DNA of 64,000 nucleotides from Phoronis australis (GCA_002633005.1 NMRA01000412.1:219452-283451); one strand, 5' to 3'. Counted from the stretch's first letter, positions 13,201-25,968 are shown. A program made the numbers and translations. The notes: generated from the sequence alone by a model not told the origin.

Positions 13201-16200
13201 TGGTATTTTCTTCATATTTTTGACTATTATTGAACCCTTGCTTCAGTCGTGATATGACATACAGTACAGTACGGAGACCTCTATCGGAAGGGTTACGCGT
13301 GTGTCCTTTCAGTGTATGACCAAAGAGTCTTCTTTGATATGAATGTTAGTCTATTGACATTCTTTTGTGCCAGGTGTGGAAACGATTTGATAAAGACAAA
13401 AGTGGCTACATAGAAGCAGACGAACTAAAGGTAATGGCATATTTCAAGTCTGAAGTTCAAAAAGAATCATGAATATCTGAATTGCTTGACACGAATACGA
13501 TTATTATTCCGGATTTCACAGAGACACTCGAATCTCGCTGTATTTACTACATAGTCGCAATATCCACCAAGCACTGTTGTAGCCTAGTTTTCGCACCATT
13601 GCACATGTTATTTGTTGTCGTATTCTCGGCTGCATTACTCTTTTCGTCCTTCCAATGCCAACGGAGTATCACTGCTGTGCTGTGGGTTGCAACTACGACG
13701 GCAGAAATTTAGTTAAACTTGTAGATGCGTGATGTTAGGTTATTCGCCTTCTCGACCTGACCAAAGGCAAGAGAATACAAAGCGATATGATAAAGCAAGT
13801 TAGTCGGGTTGATTTTTAAGCCAACAGAACCCCTTCTTGAAGATACCCTTTCCAATTCTATATTTTCAAACAGTTGGAATAGGGGATATTTCCAGGACCA
13901 CACACCTGAACAGTTCCCGACGTTGACTTTTGAAATAGTGTCTGATATTCCAAAGCGAAACGGATGAATACAACGTCGCGCTTTTCTACCTCCGGGACAA
14001 AGGAGAGTGCTATCGCTATGTAATCCGGGAAGGCCTTATTATTGAAATATGCAGAATCGGTAGTTGGCTCTTCGATGATTGTAACGGTTTTCTGACTGTC
14101 ACAGGATGGGAGAACATGAGGTCAATAATGTATTCACACCCTTCTGAACACGCCGTCTACTGACAAAGCACCATTTCCCTCACGGTAAACAATGTCCTTC
14201 ACTGTTGCATAAAACGTCAAATCTTCTTCCTGGATAACCTGAGTTTTGGCGCATTGAACAACAATGGCAACGTGGCATACTGTGGCGTTATTCTTGTTAT
14301 TCACTGTATTATATTTTGCATCAGCGCTGCCACGTTCATAGGTCGTTTGCCCACATGAGTCCAGGGACAAATGTTTGTACTCGAAGTGAAACTCGACATC
14401 ATTTTTAACATGATCTATTCTCATTACGGCGTTTTCCCGTAATTTTGCTCCCAACTTGTTCGATTCTATAGCCCAACAACAAGTTGGGAAGTTTACCCCT
14501 GTAGCCAATATGTTACACGACTGATTAACTACATTCTGGCACTTATGGTAGGAGGGCCAGCTCTCTTTTGTTCAATAATTGCTCTAATCTCCAATAAGAT
14601 CGTATTTACCCTAACTGGGCTTTGGTGTTAAAAATAAAAGTTAAGTTATAACATAACTGAACAAGAAACAATAGCATTTCTGAAATCTTCGTCAAATGGT
14701 GATCGTGTTTAGTTTTTGAATCGCCAAAATCCCCCAAATGCCACCGAAGTTACGACAATGTATTCTTTCCGAATACATCAATTCACTCTGAGTTTGACTG
14801 TGTTCACGACACGTGGTCTGTAATAAACCTGGTAGATAATTAGCCTGCTTGTTGTCATAACAGACAAAAGAGTGTGCTTGGCAGTTAACAAAGAAGCTAG
14901 ATGTTATCACACGCTCAGAACCCCCAACCGTCTGGTAAAGTCACTGAACGGGAAAACGCTGTCATGTACTTTTGTGTAAACTGAAGATAAATGTCTATTG
15001 TGTATCCGAGTACATCATGGTTTATGCAAATACGTTTCTGGTCCAAGTTTGCACTTGATAACCCCGAGATTCCTACCACAAACTCGAGTAAAAACTCGAG
15101 ATTTCGAGTTCAGATTCTAAGTTTTAGTCTTAATTCGGGGATGAGCAATTGCAAAACAGAATAAGACAGTGACACGTATTTACACAAGTCACTACGTAAT
15201 CTAGCATAGAATAACAGACACAAATCTCGAGTTCACACAAAAGTAGAATATAAAATGCCAAAATTAATTTCTAGTTCGCTTTAGAGTAAAATGGTTTAAT
15301 CCCAGGCCCTAATCTTTTATAGGTAACGCGGTCATTTCTTGAAATTCTTTAGGCAACCGTGGTCTATGAAGGTTGGACGTTCGTTTTTTTGAATGAATGG
15401 AATCAAGTTTACATCAGTAGGCCTACTAATATCCCCCTGGTACAAAAAAAAAACTTTGCCTTCGCAATAACGACCGTCTCAGTCACGCGACAGGATTTAC
15501 GACAATTGATGAAACGAGCCTGCTCCCATCACCAACAAACTTTATTCGAGACTCACTGGCCTTGAGCCCTGGTCGAGATTATATTTATTCCTATTCTTTC
15601 GTCGGTTTATATTACAGAGCTTCCTTCAGTACTTATTAAAGGAGGCCAGGAAGGACGCCGATGTCACCGAAGAACAACTTATTCAGTACACGGACACTAT
15701 GGTTGGTTCCTGGGTCACTAATTTGCCGTTGTCTAAACTATAATTATTCTTTCAAAATATGTATTCGTTTATGCTATGTCGACGACTGTGGGAACCTTTA
15801 TATGTATTCATAGGTCGATTTGACCAGACACACAAGTCGACATTTAGCTCATAATTATTCTATCAAGCTCTATAAAACAAAAAGTGTAGAAAGTGCACAC
15901 ATCCGAAGCACAATTGTCGTAATTTGTCTTTGCGGAATAGTTAGATTGCAAACTGTAGAAACTTCATAAATTAAAAATTACTATTTATTTAGTGTTATAA
16001 CAACTAGCACAGCTGTAGGCCAACGATATTTTTACCTGGTTAATAAGTTAAATTCAATTACGTTCATATCAAAGACAGATAAACATACCAGTAAGTTTCT
16101 TTGGAATTAAAGTCCGAACTCCACCCTCACTTATCGGACCTTACATGAAAGATTTTCAATTATTAATGTCACATTTCATGGCGTAACTAGTGATATGAAA

Positions 16201-19200
16201 TGCTACATAAATTATGAGAGATATCGGCAGTGATTTATATAATACCTTCAGTACCTAAAAGCTTCAAACGCCCTGTCCGTTTTGACAAGCCACGAAGAAC
16301 AACATGCGTCAAAGGGACATTATTGGTTTTACTACCAGAAACGAATTTTTGTGGTTATTGTTGCATGGGATGGGCGTTTTGAAGTTAACAATTTTGTTCA
16401 GAGCTATAAAATATAAAACTGTTGTGTTTTTGAGATTTTATTACGTATTGTCAGTCTTTGCCTTAATTGTCTGCCAGAAATAAATGAGGACCGGTCATTT
16501 TATCAATTACGCATACGATACTGTGGGCCATTAATCTTGTCTTTTATCATATTTATCCTCTTCACTATCGTCATGTTCAAAATGCCTTATGCTGTACTAG
16601 AATCTACTATTCCTTGACTCGAAGGTGGGGGAACACTCTTGCTCTCCCGGTCGCCTCCAGTGTCCACACTTCTCTAGTCGTCAGTCATTTTCGTGGGAGG
16701 GTCCAAGAATCATACATGTACGTCTAACAATAGTCCGAATAGTAATGATCTCCGCGCCAAACCGCGTTTTCATTGTACAGTACATGTATTCTTACAAATT
16801 GTGCTTCACAGGATTTCCACGAATTTGAGAGTCACTACAGTTTGTGCTAACCTACGGAACACAAATTGTTACAACCGAGAATGACGACAGTTTGTGCTTC
16901 GAAGATGTGCACAAACTGTGATAAATTGTGGATTGCTACAGCATTTGCATTTGCTTCAATTTATGGCTCAACAAATCGCTCGGACAAGCTCAACATTCTC
17001 AGGGCACCACAATATTACTTATTCTCTGCAATACGCACATTATCTCGTTGTGCCGCCTATAAAATAAATTAGTTAAAATAGTAACACGGAAAACAACGAC
17101 GACCGTTTCATTGCGTTGTAAGCAGAGAAGTGATAGGTAAATGATACAACATGCAACAAATTTCATTTATTTTACTTGCTGGCTCTAGTCCTTAAAGTAT
17201 ACCAAAGCATGTGCCTCAGAAAAGAAATCTTTATGTGCCGAACCGTTGCATACCTGATGAGTAAGTTTAAGTCCCTAACTTATCGTTCAGGGCGTCGACA
17301 GATCGTCCCATTACCTAAAGCCATCGATTTAAAAGAGAATGCCACCCGATTTAATTAATATTTTTTACCGTCTTAAGCGGTCTATATCCACCTAACCTCG
17401 CATTCGGTGGATCTTACCCTCTGAGGTGTCGCGTTAACCTGAGTGTGAGGAAGGTGAGAAAGGACACAGCGACGTCAGTGGTTCTTCTGCAGAATGAGTG
17501 CCGCTATGGTGTGTTGTATGGTTCCCGCTAGTGCGAACTATGAAGCTGCGAGGAAAGCGGGTATATCGTTCATTTGATTTCCTCGAGAGCCCATAATGCT
17601 TCGGAAGTGACTCGCGGTAGTGAAGAATGAAAAGTACGCCGTTAATACCAAGAATGTGGCCGTGAAACTTCTCCGTGTATGTCTGGGTTTTTGATCATGG
17701 AGAATTGTAGTTGGCCATGAAAACATAAACAACTACAATTAATTCAAGGCGTGAGAGCGTACCGTTTTATATGACCCTAACCAAGTTTATATAAAACGTA
17801 AAAAAGTCTGTCTCATTAGATACAATTTTTAATGCCTTGGAGTGTTCGTGAGTGCAAATATTTTGAGAAGCCAGTAATGAATAAATCACTGCGTTACCGG
17901 CTTTAGATGAAATAAACTTGAGTAATTGACCGTGTAGCGAGGCCGTGTGAGCGCATGCTAATTAAGTGTTTGCTAACAGAAAGCTGTTGTGAAACAATAA
18001 CTCGATTTTATATCCTATGGTCAGATGTTAGAGGAATCTTTGTATAAATATTCATATAGATTATTCGACGAATCATTGTTGCTGTACAACTTTGGCCCTG
18101 ACGGGCTGTGGAGTGGAAGAGTAACCTGATTTAGCGGCCCCTGACGAGCTAGTAAGTAGATTTTCAGTTTCGCGGCTAATTCACCAAAATAATCACGTGC
18201 ACATATTTTCTCTGGCGCACTAGTATAGTCTTTTCGTGACTGGAAGTTTAGTTTCCAACTTTGGCTGGTTTATGTTCGTGATGTCTTCAGTCCGCTCCGC
18301 AATGGGCATGATCGGGTTCCGAGCCTCTGGCCGGGATAGGTAGGCCTAGCAAGCATTTTGTGCGTTTAGAACTGAAAAAAAATCGCAAGTCTAGAATTAA
18401 AACACACGGCTATGTTGTCCTATCTGTATTTCACGGACGAATAGTTTGAATTTATCACCGAACAGACCCCAAACTCCAGAGACCGATCTTGGTAAATTGA
18501 CTTACCGAACTTTGTAAGCAACGGTACGTTCAAATACCCAACAGCGAAACAAAGTAACACGTTTATTCAAAAACTCGATGTATTTGTAAGGGTTTTACGT
18601 CAAATTTTGATGATTTATTGGTGTAAAACGATGAATTTAAGCGAGAAGCTGACAACAGTAAGCATGTTGTGAACTGCTGAACAGACTGCGTTCGAACCTC
18701 TGACGTCATTGGTTAATTTCAACCGGTGTCAGGTAAAAGAGTTGTACTTGCTGTCATTGAGTGGAACTACTCGATCTAAATTGATATAAACTAGATTGTT
18801 TTTGGGTGGCATTCTCCTTTAAATAACGCTGGCCANTTCAAATACCAAACAGCGAAATAAAGTAACACGTTTATTCAAAAACTCGATGTATTTGTAAGGG
18901 TTTTACGTCAAATTTTGATGATTTATTGGTGTAAAACGATGAATTTAAGCGAGAAGCTGACAACAGTAAGCATGTTGTGAACTGCTGAACAGACTGCGTT
19001 CGAACCTCTGACGTCATTGGTTAATTTCAACCGGTGTCAGGTAAAAGAGTTGTACTTGCTGTCATTGAGTGGAACTACTCGATCTAAATTGATATAAACT
19101 AGATTGTTTCTGGGTGGCATTCTCCTTTAAATAACGCTGGCCAATCCTTGTAACTGGGCTGGTTCAATCTCTGACTTTCTTCTAACGGTAGAAACCAATT

Positions 19201-22200
19201 GTTATCATGACAAGTTTACAAGAGATTATTAACGTACTTCATGATTTCTGCAGTTTGGTCGAAAGTAGGAATATAATAGTTGTACACCAATTCACGCGTT
19301 CGTTACAGTTACAACTTTTCGACCGGAACAAAGACGGCAAATTACAGCTGAGCGAGATGGCTAAGTGAGTAGATTGAAGTCAGAAAGACTACACTTACAT
19401 GTATAAACGTTCCCGATTTTCCCCTGAAGTCTACGCAGCGCACATTAGGTCACGCCTAAATCGAACTCTTCAAAATTAAATAAATCAAGTTATTTTTGTT
19501 GAATATTTAAAACGTACCACGTAATACAAAGTGCAATGGAGTATTAAGGAACGCTCATTCGTTCGGTCCTATTGGCGTTGAGCGTGGCTTTAAGGAATAT
19601 TGGACTCGGTTGTAATTAGTTATTCATTGCAAACACAATTGAACACAACTCTCACTGGCTTCTGGTTTACATGTATATCATCAATTTGCTGATTTTGGCC
19701 ACAGCGTCAAAGAACCTAGACGACTGAATGAGTAATGTACATTACTCTGGCTATTGTTGTCAAACTTATAACAAACATTGTTTGCACAATTTTTTAATGT
19801 ACATGTAAGTGTTCATTTTCATGTCGTTCGTGAAAAAAATCTTCGATTGGACCTCTCGCCTTACAGGTTATTGCCAGTTAAAGAGAACTTCCTTTGTCGT
19901 CCAATGTTTCGAAGCGCAGTGAGTATGAGTAAAGATATTGAGGGTTAGTGTTTTATCCGTTAATTTAGCAGGAAAAGCTAGGCAACACCTTGCGTAACTA
20001 GAAAAGTACAGGTACTCACGAGTTACATGTCTGTGAATGAATGTGCTACTAGTTTCAGCTGATGAAACATGTTAAGTTGCTTTTTTCAACTGGTTGTTGA
20101 ATTGTTTGAGGTGTATCGGCTTTTGATCGGCACATTTTTGGGGCGGGTAACCGATAGAATGAATCCAAAGACACGCGGTCTTGAGGATTTTTGTATTCGA
20201 TTGCGATTCCTTTTGATGTACACGTATAACTTGCACACAAATGGGTTTTATTCAAACTTTAACCGTTTTGGTTTTCAAATTATGATCGAAGAACTTTAAA
20301 TCTCAAATACTTTATATTTTGTACTGCCACGCGCTTACATGTATCTGGAAGGGTGTGAGGTGCCGCCGCCGCTGCACCATCCAACGTACCAATTAAAGAA
20401 CCGAGAAAATAATTACCCGAGGCAATACCGGTTTCGTCAAGCCTGCCCCCGCAGGCTTGCCACGTCTGAATTCCTCTACCCACCCGTGACAATGCCACAG
20501 ATACCACGAAGGGAAAATACATGTACCCGCCGGGAAACAATACCGAGCTAGTTCCAAGCCCCTACCAAATCCTCGTTTCGGGTACTGACTTCTAACGTAC
20601 AGTAGTTCGAGAGCCAGTGATTTCGAGACTGAATTTGTTATAATGATACGCATATAACGAAAGACGCATTACCGGAAATGTTGGACGTAGCTTCCGTGAT
20701 ATTTTTGAAAGCTTACGATCATGCTGTTTATTCTAGGTGGACGCAAAAGTTACAAGAAAGGACATTGATCGTGTGTTTTACTTGTACGACAGGGTAAGCC
20801 AATAATCTTCAGATTTTAATTGTACGGCTTTAGACTGAAGGTGCGAGGGTCCCAGTCTCTTTATTCAGGAGACAGTCAGACTACAGTCTATATCTCCATT
20901 ACTTTTACAAGTCGTGAAGACTCGGACAATTTTAATTTGGTTTTGTACATGTAAAAATCAAATGGCTGTGAAATAGCCATGATAACGACGCAAATTTCTG
21001 ATTTTTGCGAGCGCGTTGAATATGAACCACAAACACGTATCGTTGATTTCCCTCCTTTGTTTTGGGATTCAAGTGCGCCTAGTATAATACGTAGTTTGAA
21101 ATACATTATAGCTATGCGGTATCATTGCTACTGTTATTACCAGTCACCAGGTGGCGAGACTGACTCAAATGTTAATCGGCGCGCGCTAGTGTTGGCTTAC
21201 GAACTGAATGTTATTGCAGGACCAAAATGGATCAATAGAGAACGAGGAGTTATCAGGCTTTCTCAAAGATTTGCTGGAACTTATTTATGAGGTACGTTAT
21301 ATAAGGCAGCATGAACAACACTTCAGGTTAGGGGGTTAATTTCACCACTTTAAAACATTTAAAGTGGCAGTGAACCTGTCTTAAGTAAGAAAACATACAT
21401 GTATATTGATACCACTTCATGGGCGGCGCACCATAGGGGGCTGGGGTGGTTATAGCCGCACTACAATTATCAGTGCTACACCGCACATGCCGTCTATAGG
21501 CGGTGCACCACAGGAGGGTGAGGGTGCTTTAGCCCCCCCCCCCTTCACTTTTTCCTGTACTGCGCCGCCCATGCATTTACCGTTTTAAAACAAAACACAA
21601 ATTGTTCCTTTACTACGTTAGAAGGGATTTCTGTTCAAGAATATTAAGCTCATTAGTTCCTGAGTCCAGACTTAATGTTACTTAGGACAATGTCGATAAG
21701 ACCGCGTATATAGCCAAACGTCTACAAAACTGTGCATTTCAAGCCAGAGTAAGAAAAAGTTCTTTTCTGACACTAGATAGCCTGTAGAACTTGATGTTTG
21801 GCTTTTTATCAATCTGCCAGTAATTGGATAACGTGACCATGCATTTTAAAGTAAAATTTAGCTTAACACGAAGATATTTTGAAAACAAAACAGCAGTATT
21901 AACAACATCTGACCAAAGTTTGTTTAATATAAATGTTTAAGATGTAATCTCAAAAATACTCAGTACAGTTGAGACCACCCCATTTAGAAACCTGGGCAAA
22001 AAGGTCCGCCCAAGAGAAACAAAAACTACGATAAGTAGAAAACGAGACAAAAATCCACTAAAAAGTAAGGAACCATCAAAATTCGGCAAATGCACAATTC
22101 ATAGCTCTGAACGTACCCCGCGAAGTATAGTAAAAAGTCCTCATTCTCAAAATTTGAGCCTCCCAATTTTTTAGGCTGGGCGCGCCCATGGACTCGTTCC

Positions 22201-23693
22201 GAAAACGTAGTTCAGAAACTCGCAAGTAAAGCTAGCATGAAAATGCTCTTCGTTTCTAATATTGCAAAACAACTCGCGAGGAGTTGCTTGTTCTCGTGCA
22301 TTGCAAGCAAAACTCGTGACCGCAATTGCTTTACTCACGATTCTTGCCTACATGGAACCATACATGTAGATTATAGACAACAGGGCCTAGTTGCCTAAAA
22401 GTTATACCCCGTGTAGCAACAATGACGTCGCACTATCACGCGCCACGGTGTTATTGTTGAACAATGCACCTGACGTCATGCAACAATCAAACTTATCCAA
22501 CGGATAACATTTGAAGCTTTATGCAACTCAGGCCTGATTCGCAACTCCGACATTTTCTTGCGTAATATCCTAGAGGAGGCGCCACACATAGCAAACTCAG
22601 CTTCCGGTTACTGTATAATTACGGCTTATGGTTAAGATCACAGATTTCGTCCATTGAAAATGATTATACGAAGTTGGCCGTCCATGTGCAGTAGTCTATG
22701 ATGGAACGCCGTTCCATCCAGAATCAATTATGCTATTTTCTTCTCGTACGGAATTTGCACATGCAGGATTATTACAGAATCCGTCGACCGGATACTCTTT
22801 ATCCTGCGAAAACAAGTCTCCTTTGTGCTGCATTTCACCCTGTTTCAGGCTAAGAACGAACATCGAATATGTCTTTCACTCTCTGGTTGGTCTCATAATG
22901 TTCCTTACCGTCAGGACTCCCCACGTTTCCAACTAGAACAACGAATCTATCAGGGACACAAAGAAAACGGTTCAAAAATTATTGGGGTTGGCTTACATGC
23001 ACCCTAAACTTACGAATTTTAATACGCCATGATTGCCCATGTACTCATTGCATGTACCCCATTCTTGAGTTGGTAAAGAAAATAGGCTAGAGTCCTACAG
23101 TAAAGGGACAGTATGAAACTGATTTAATGAGAGTAAAATATGTAATTCAATTTTCATTTCAGCCAACTAAATATGAAATGCAACTTTAAGTTCAAACTTT
23201 GCCCTGTCTATGATTTCACGTGAAACTCGAGTTCACTGTGTACCAAGGAAGCATTCATTCACAGTTCATCGTTATTCTATATCGGGACATGCGCGGAACC
23301 CGAGTATTATCGGCAGAAGCCCTTGTCATGACAGACACATTTCCCATTGCAGCCAATGCGGAAGGATCATGCTGAGGGCAGCGAAAATGTAGTTTTCTTC
23401 ACCAAAAAATCATAACTCATACAAAATCCAACTACGAAGTGAAAATGCCCCTTGAAAATTAGTAGCATACACCATGTACATATAACTACCGAAAGGACTA
23501 AGCACAGCTTAATTAGTAGGCTTTAATTTACCGTTAATTTACCCAATTTTTACTCCTCCAGGATTTTGACGAAGACGACTTAGAATCCTGTAAGCGGGCA
23601 ATTCTAAAGGGATGCGATCGCAATTGTGATGGGAAAATAGACAAGGACGAGCTAACGATGATATTATTACAGTACAGCACGATGACGCAATAG
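4071..23693 (+). CDS. Cbp53E: Calbindin-32 / calretinin-secretagogin-family hexa-EF-hand calcium-binding protein; 11 coding exons, 302 aa
   Basis: Exons 4071-4209, 4645-4730, 7632-7721, 11003-11086, 13374-13430, 15618-15701, 19309-19364, 19867-19918, 20737-20793, 21220-21291 and 23562-23693. All introns are GT-AG and phases are compatible (909 nt including TAG). Six EF loops: DTDNNGYIEGKE, DENSDDRIEISE, DKDKSGYIEADE, DRNKDGKLQLSE, DRDQNGSIENEE, DRNCDGKIDKDE. Family motifs LSEMAKLLPVKENFL and GFLKDLLEL are present. Confidence 0.93.
4645..4730 (+). CDS. Cbp53E: calbindin-like exon 2 (NGYIEGKELDSFLREF...)
   Basis: TTTAG acceptor, GTTGGT donor; completes EF1. Confidence 0.92.
7632..7721 (+). CDS. 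Cbp53E: calbindin-like exon 3 (LIPEKAVDYLRNVFMDMYDENSDDRIEISE)
   Basis: TTACAG acceptor, GTAAGC donor; EF2. Confidence 0.9.
8009..8464. mobile_element. MITE with 18-bp perfect terminal inverted repeats
   Basis: ATTTGTCATTTACATTGA (8009-8026) and TCAATGTAAATGACAAAT (8447-8464). Confidence 0.6.
11003..11086 (+). CDS. Cbp53E: calbindin-like exon 4 (LVHMLPVDETFQALFPIGALPSSADFMK)
   Basis: CTTAG acceptor, GTAAAC donor; LPxxExF linker typical of the family. Confidence 0.87.
11746..11860 (+). mobile_element. tRNA-derived SINE head (Pol III A/B boxes)
   Basis: A box TGGCCTAGTG and B box GGTTCGAGTCC, followed by a CCTTGAG-containing SINE-body-like segment; no intact cloverleaf. Confidence 0.65.
13374..13430 (+). 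CDS. Cbp53E: calbindin-like exon 5 (VWKRFDKDKSGYIEADELK)
   Basis: CCAG acceptor, GTAATG donor; EF3. Confidence 0.93.
15618..15701 (+). CDS. Cbp53E: calbindin-like exon 6 (SFLQYLLKEARKDADVTEEQLIQYTDTM)
   Basis: TTACAG acceptor, GTTGGT donor. Confidence 0.9.
17333..18818. mobile_element. Non-autonomous Kolobok-type DNA transposon (about 1.49 kb) in calbindin intron 6
   Basis: TTAA|AAGAGAATGCCACCC ... GGGTGGCATTCTCCT|TTAA: 14/15-bp TIR, TTAA TSD, RR..YY termini. The right end is repeated at 19126 in the duplicated segment. Confidence 0.75.
18529..19143 (+). repeat. About 307-bp near-identical direct duplication across the N at 18836 (probable assembly overlap)
   Basis: 18529-18835 vs 18837-19143 differ at only a few bases, and the junction is exactly the N. 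Confidence 0.85.
19309..19364 (+). CDS. Cbp53E: calbindin-like exon 7 (LQLFDRNKDGKLQLSEMAK)
   Basis: TTACAG acceptor, GTGAGT donor; EF4. Confidence 0.93.
19867..19918 (+). CDS. Cbp53E: calbindin-like exon 8 (LLPVKENFLCRPMFRSA)
   Basis: TTACAG acceptor, GTGAGT donor; phase 2 matches exon 7. Confidence 0.92.
20737..20793 (+). CDS. Cbp53E: calbindin-like exon 9 (VDAKVTRKDIDRVFYLYDR)
   Basis: TTCTAG acceptor, GTAAGC donor. Confidence 0.9.
21220..21291 (+). CDS. Cbp53E: calbindin-like exon 10 (DQNGSIENEELSGFLKDLLELIYE)
   Basis: TTGCAG acceptor, GTACGT donor; completes EF5. Confidence 0.92.
21418..21573. mobile_element. Short GC-rich MITE (CATGGGCGGCGCA ... TGCGCCGCCCATG), hAT-like termini
   Basis: 13-bp perfect TIR; related copy at about 34768-34887. 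Confidence 0.6.
21975..22190 (+). mobile_element. MITE family B, copy 1 (ends ...GCGCGCCCATG)
   Basis: Homologous to the reverse complement of 52804-53064 (shared TGGGCAAAAAGGTCCGC, AAACGAGACAA, TAGGCTGG..CGCGC.CATG). Confidence 0.6.
22383..22535 (+). mobile_element. PIF/Harbinger-like MITE, copy 1 (GGGCC.AGTTGC ... GCAACT.AGGCC)
   Basis: Inverted termini; inverted homologous copy at 35266-35414. Confidence 0.65.
23562..23693 (+). CDS. Cbp53E: calbindin-like exon 11, terminal (DFDEDDLESCKRAILKGCDRNCDGKIDKDELTMILLQYSTMTQ*)
   Basis: CTCCAG acceptor; EF6; TAG at 23691-23693. Confidence 0.92.
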   Translation, partial: DFDEDDLESCKRAILKGCDRNCDGKIDKDELTMILLQYSTMTQ

Positions 23694-24052
23694 TTTGTTT
23701 ACGTACCTCAAGGCTGTTACACGTACCAATATTGCAGGAGAGTCGTCAACCGCTAAGTACATTGCCGGTTCAAGCAGGAATTACATCCGCCAGCACAATG
23801 TTAGAATTGCCGCAGGGGTTTGAGGTTCAAATCCGAGCTGAGGCCAATTTCAGAGTAGCACCTTTCTCGCCGATGTCACATTAAGCATTGCGTGAAGTGA
23901 AGTTTTAACTGTATTTTTGTGGGAAAGTTTATATCCCTGAAGTGGGAAAATGACGTCAAAACCACGTTTGCAACGTCATAGTTATCGGAAACAATTCGCA
24001 CTTATACATGAAGAAAGACACTTTTGCCCCGGAACATCACCTTCGCGAGCAG

Positions 24053-24463
24053 CTGCTGTGCTTGAACTTGGAAGTCTGCTTAATCTCAATATTACGCGAA
24101 CGTATGAGTGAGCTTGGAATTACCCAGGAAACTTGACAAGTTCTTTCAAATAATCACTTTCCCGTTGCAAAAATGCAGTGCACTCAAGTGAATCACATCT
24201 TAATAAGTACAACCTTGGCATGTACATGTATGTAAAGTTATTTTCAACTATTGGCGATGTTATTCACCAAATAATAATTGTTTAGCCATTCACACATTCA
24301 TCCGATTCTGAGACAAAAAAATCGAGGAGAAAATGGGAAATCGTGGGGCCAATAATACGATTTTTAAAAAAAATTCACCTTATTACTTTAATGAATATTT
24401 AATTCCAAGTTCACGCATACGCGATCTTGAGATTAAACGGAATAACAAGTTCACGCACAGCAG
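24053..24463 (+). mobile_element. MITE family A, copy 2
   Basis: CTGCTGTGCTTGAACTTG ... CAAGTTCACGCACAGCAG termini; shares ATTCCAAGTTCACGCATACGCGATCTTGAGAT with copy 1. Confidence 0.72.
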
Positions 24464-25304
24464 AACAACTAGGTTAGAGTTGATAGCAACGTTGTATAAA
24501 CATGATGGAAATGTATGGAGACCAACTGTGTTCAACTGAAACGGATGCTTGCCCTGGCCGCGTTACCTACAGTTCTGCAACCAGTACCTTACCTGCTTGG
24601 TAAAAACGCGAATTCAACTGTTGAAAAAACATTCTTTGCAGTCACTTTCTCACACCAGTTACCGATTACTTGGCTCAATCGTTAATGACACTTTCTGATT
24701 TAGCTGACTTTGTAAAGTTTGAAACTTTGGAGACTTTTGAGGTGACGAGGATTACAGACAAAAATTTTTTGAAAAAAATGTTATACTAGCGATCTACATG
24801 TAGTCTCAACTGCTAAAACAGGATTTAGCACCGGTTTAAGGGAGTTAAAAAGATGTATTTGCATGCTCCTAATTATGCTAATGTATAGCAGGAACTAAAC
24901 GACGATGCTAATTTAACATAATCTTCACCAAACAAAGTGCTTTTTTATTCACGAACAACTGGTAAATGTGAAAACAACAAAAAGTCTGCAAATAGGTGAC
25001 CTTTGCACTGATGACGTACCTCAGGGGCTCACACAGCGTTATTCAGTGTTATTCCCCAGCACTACGTCACGATACTTACTGGATACGAATCAGTGATTTG
25101 TGGGGACCATTTTACCCACAGAACTCGTTCTTAAAACATTTTGCAATTTTGCAATTTTCAACCTATGTCATATTCACATCGTCGTTATATGTTGTGTTCC
25201 TAACTAATTTGACCAAGCGATCACAGAGAAAAGTAATTAGCCTGCAAGTTCCACTTTAAACATTTTTTTGAGTTCTTCTAACTGTACTTGTGTCACGAGA
25301 CAAC

Positions 25305-25968
25305 ACCTACGTTAATATTTGGGGCTTGTCAACCCAACGCCTAAACGAGCTTAAGCCAGACTATGACTAACCCATCCTAACGCTGCTGGAGAAAACCTAT
25401 CCCCTGATTTCTCTTATAATGCACACCGCATTTCCGAACCATTAGACCCATGGATCTTTTGCGGAACTGCGTTAGTTGAAACTTAGGTGCATGCGCCAAC
25501 ATTAGGCAAATCTTACGCTAACAGGATTTGTACGCAAGTGGACGAGAAAGCATGCATTGTTTATCCCCAGAGTATCCAACGACTTCCTCGGCACATCAAA
25601 GGCTTGGTGGCGCCGTCACGGATTGAAGTGAGCTTGTCGATATTCATGCACATGGCTGAACGCGCTGGGTGAAATAGGCCTAATTGCGGTCGTAAACAAA
25701 CACTCCTGTTCAGCGTTCGAGTAAAAAAAAGCGAACAATAAAGACAAACAACCTATCTGGATGTTTTTTGAAATTGAAAAGTGACTAGAACCAGTCTTTG
25801 AATGTTTAAAATCGATGCGTCAGAAGAAAAATAGCGAATAGGTTTTCTTCAGCATCGTGGCTAAGCCATGAGCATTATTTTTGAATCGATTGGGATGGGC
25901 TAGTCAACGGTGTGGTTTAGGCTCGCTTAGGCGTTGGGGTAACAAAATCACAGATGTTAGCGTAGGGG
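25305..25968. mobile_element. Foldback/MITE with about 80-bp imperfect inverted arms
   Basis: CCTACGTTAA..CCCAACGCCTAAACGAGCTTAAGCCA..GACTAACCCATCCTAA is mirrored by TTGGGATGGGCTAGTC..TGGTTTAGGCTCGCTTAGGCGTTGGG..TTAGCGTAGG. Confidence 0.6.

Noticed and set aside
18095-18175. Hammerhead ribozyme-like CTGACGAG core (similar near 17252 and 45844)
   Set aside because: No properly placed GAAA plus stems I/III could be built.
20330-20552. GC-rich stretch with hairpin CAAGCCTGC..GCAGGCTTG and a CTAG end (Helitron-like)
   Set aside because: The hairpin is too far from the CTAG and no TC 5' end was identified; insufficient support.
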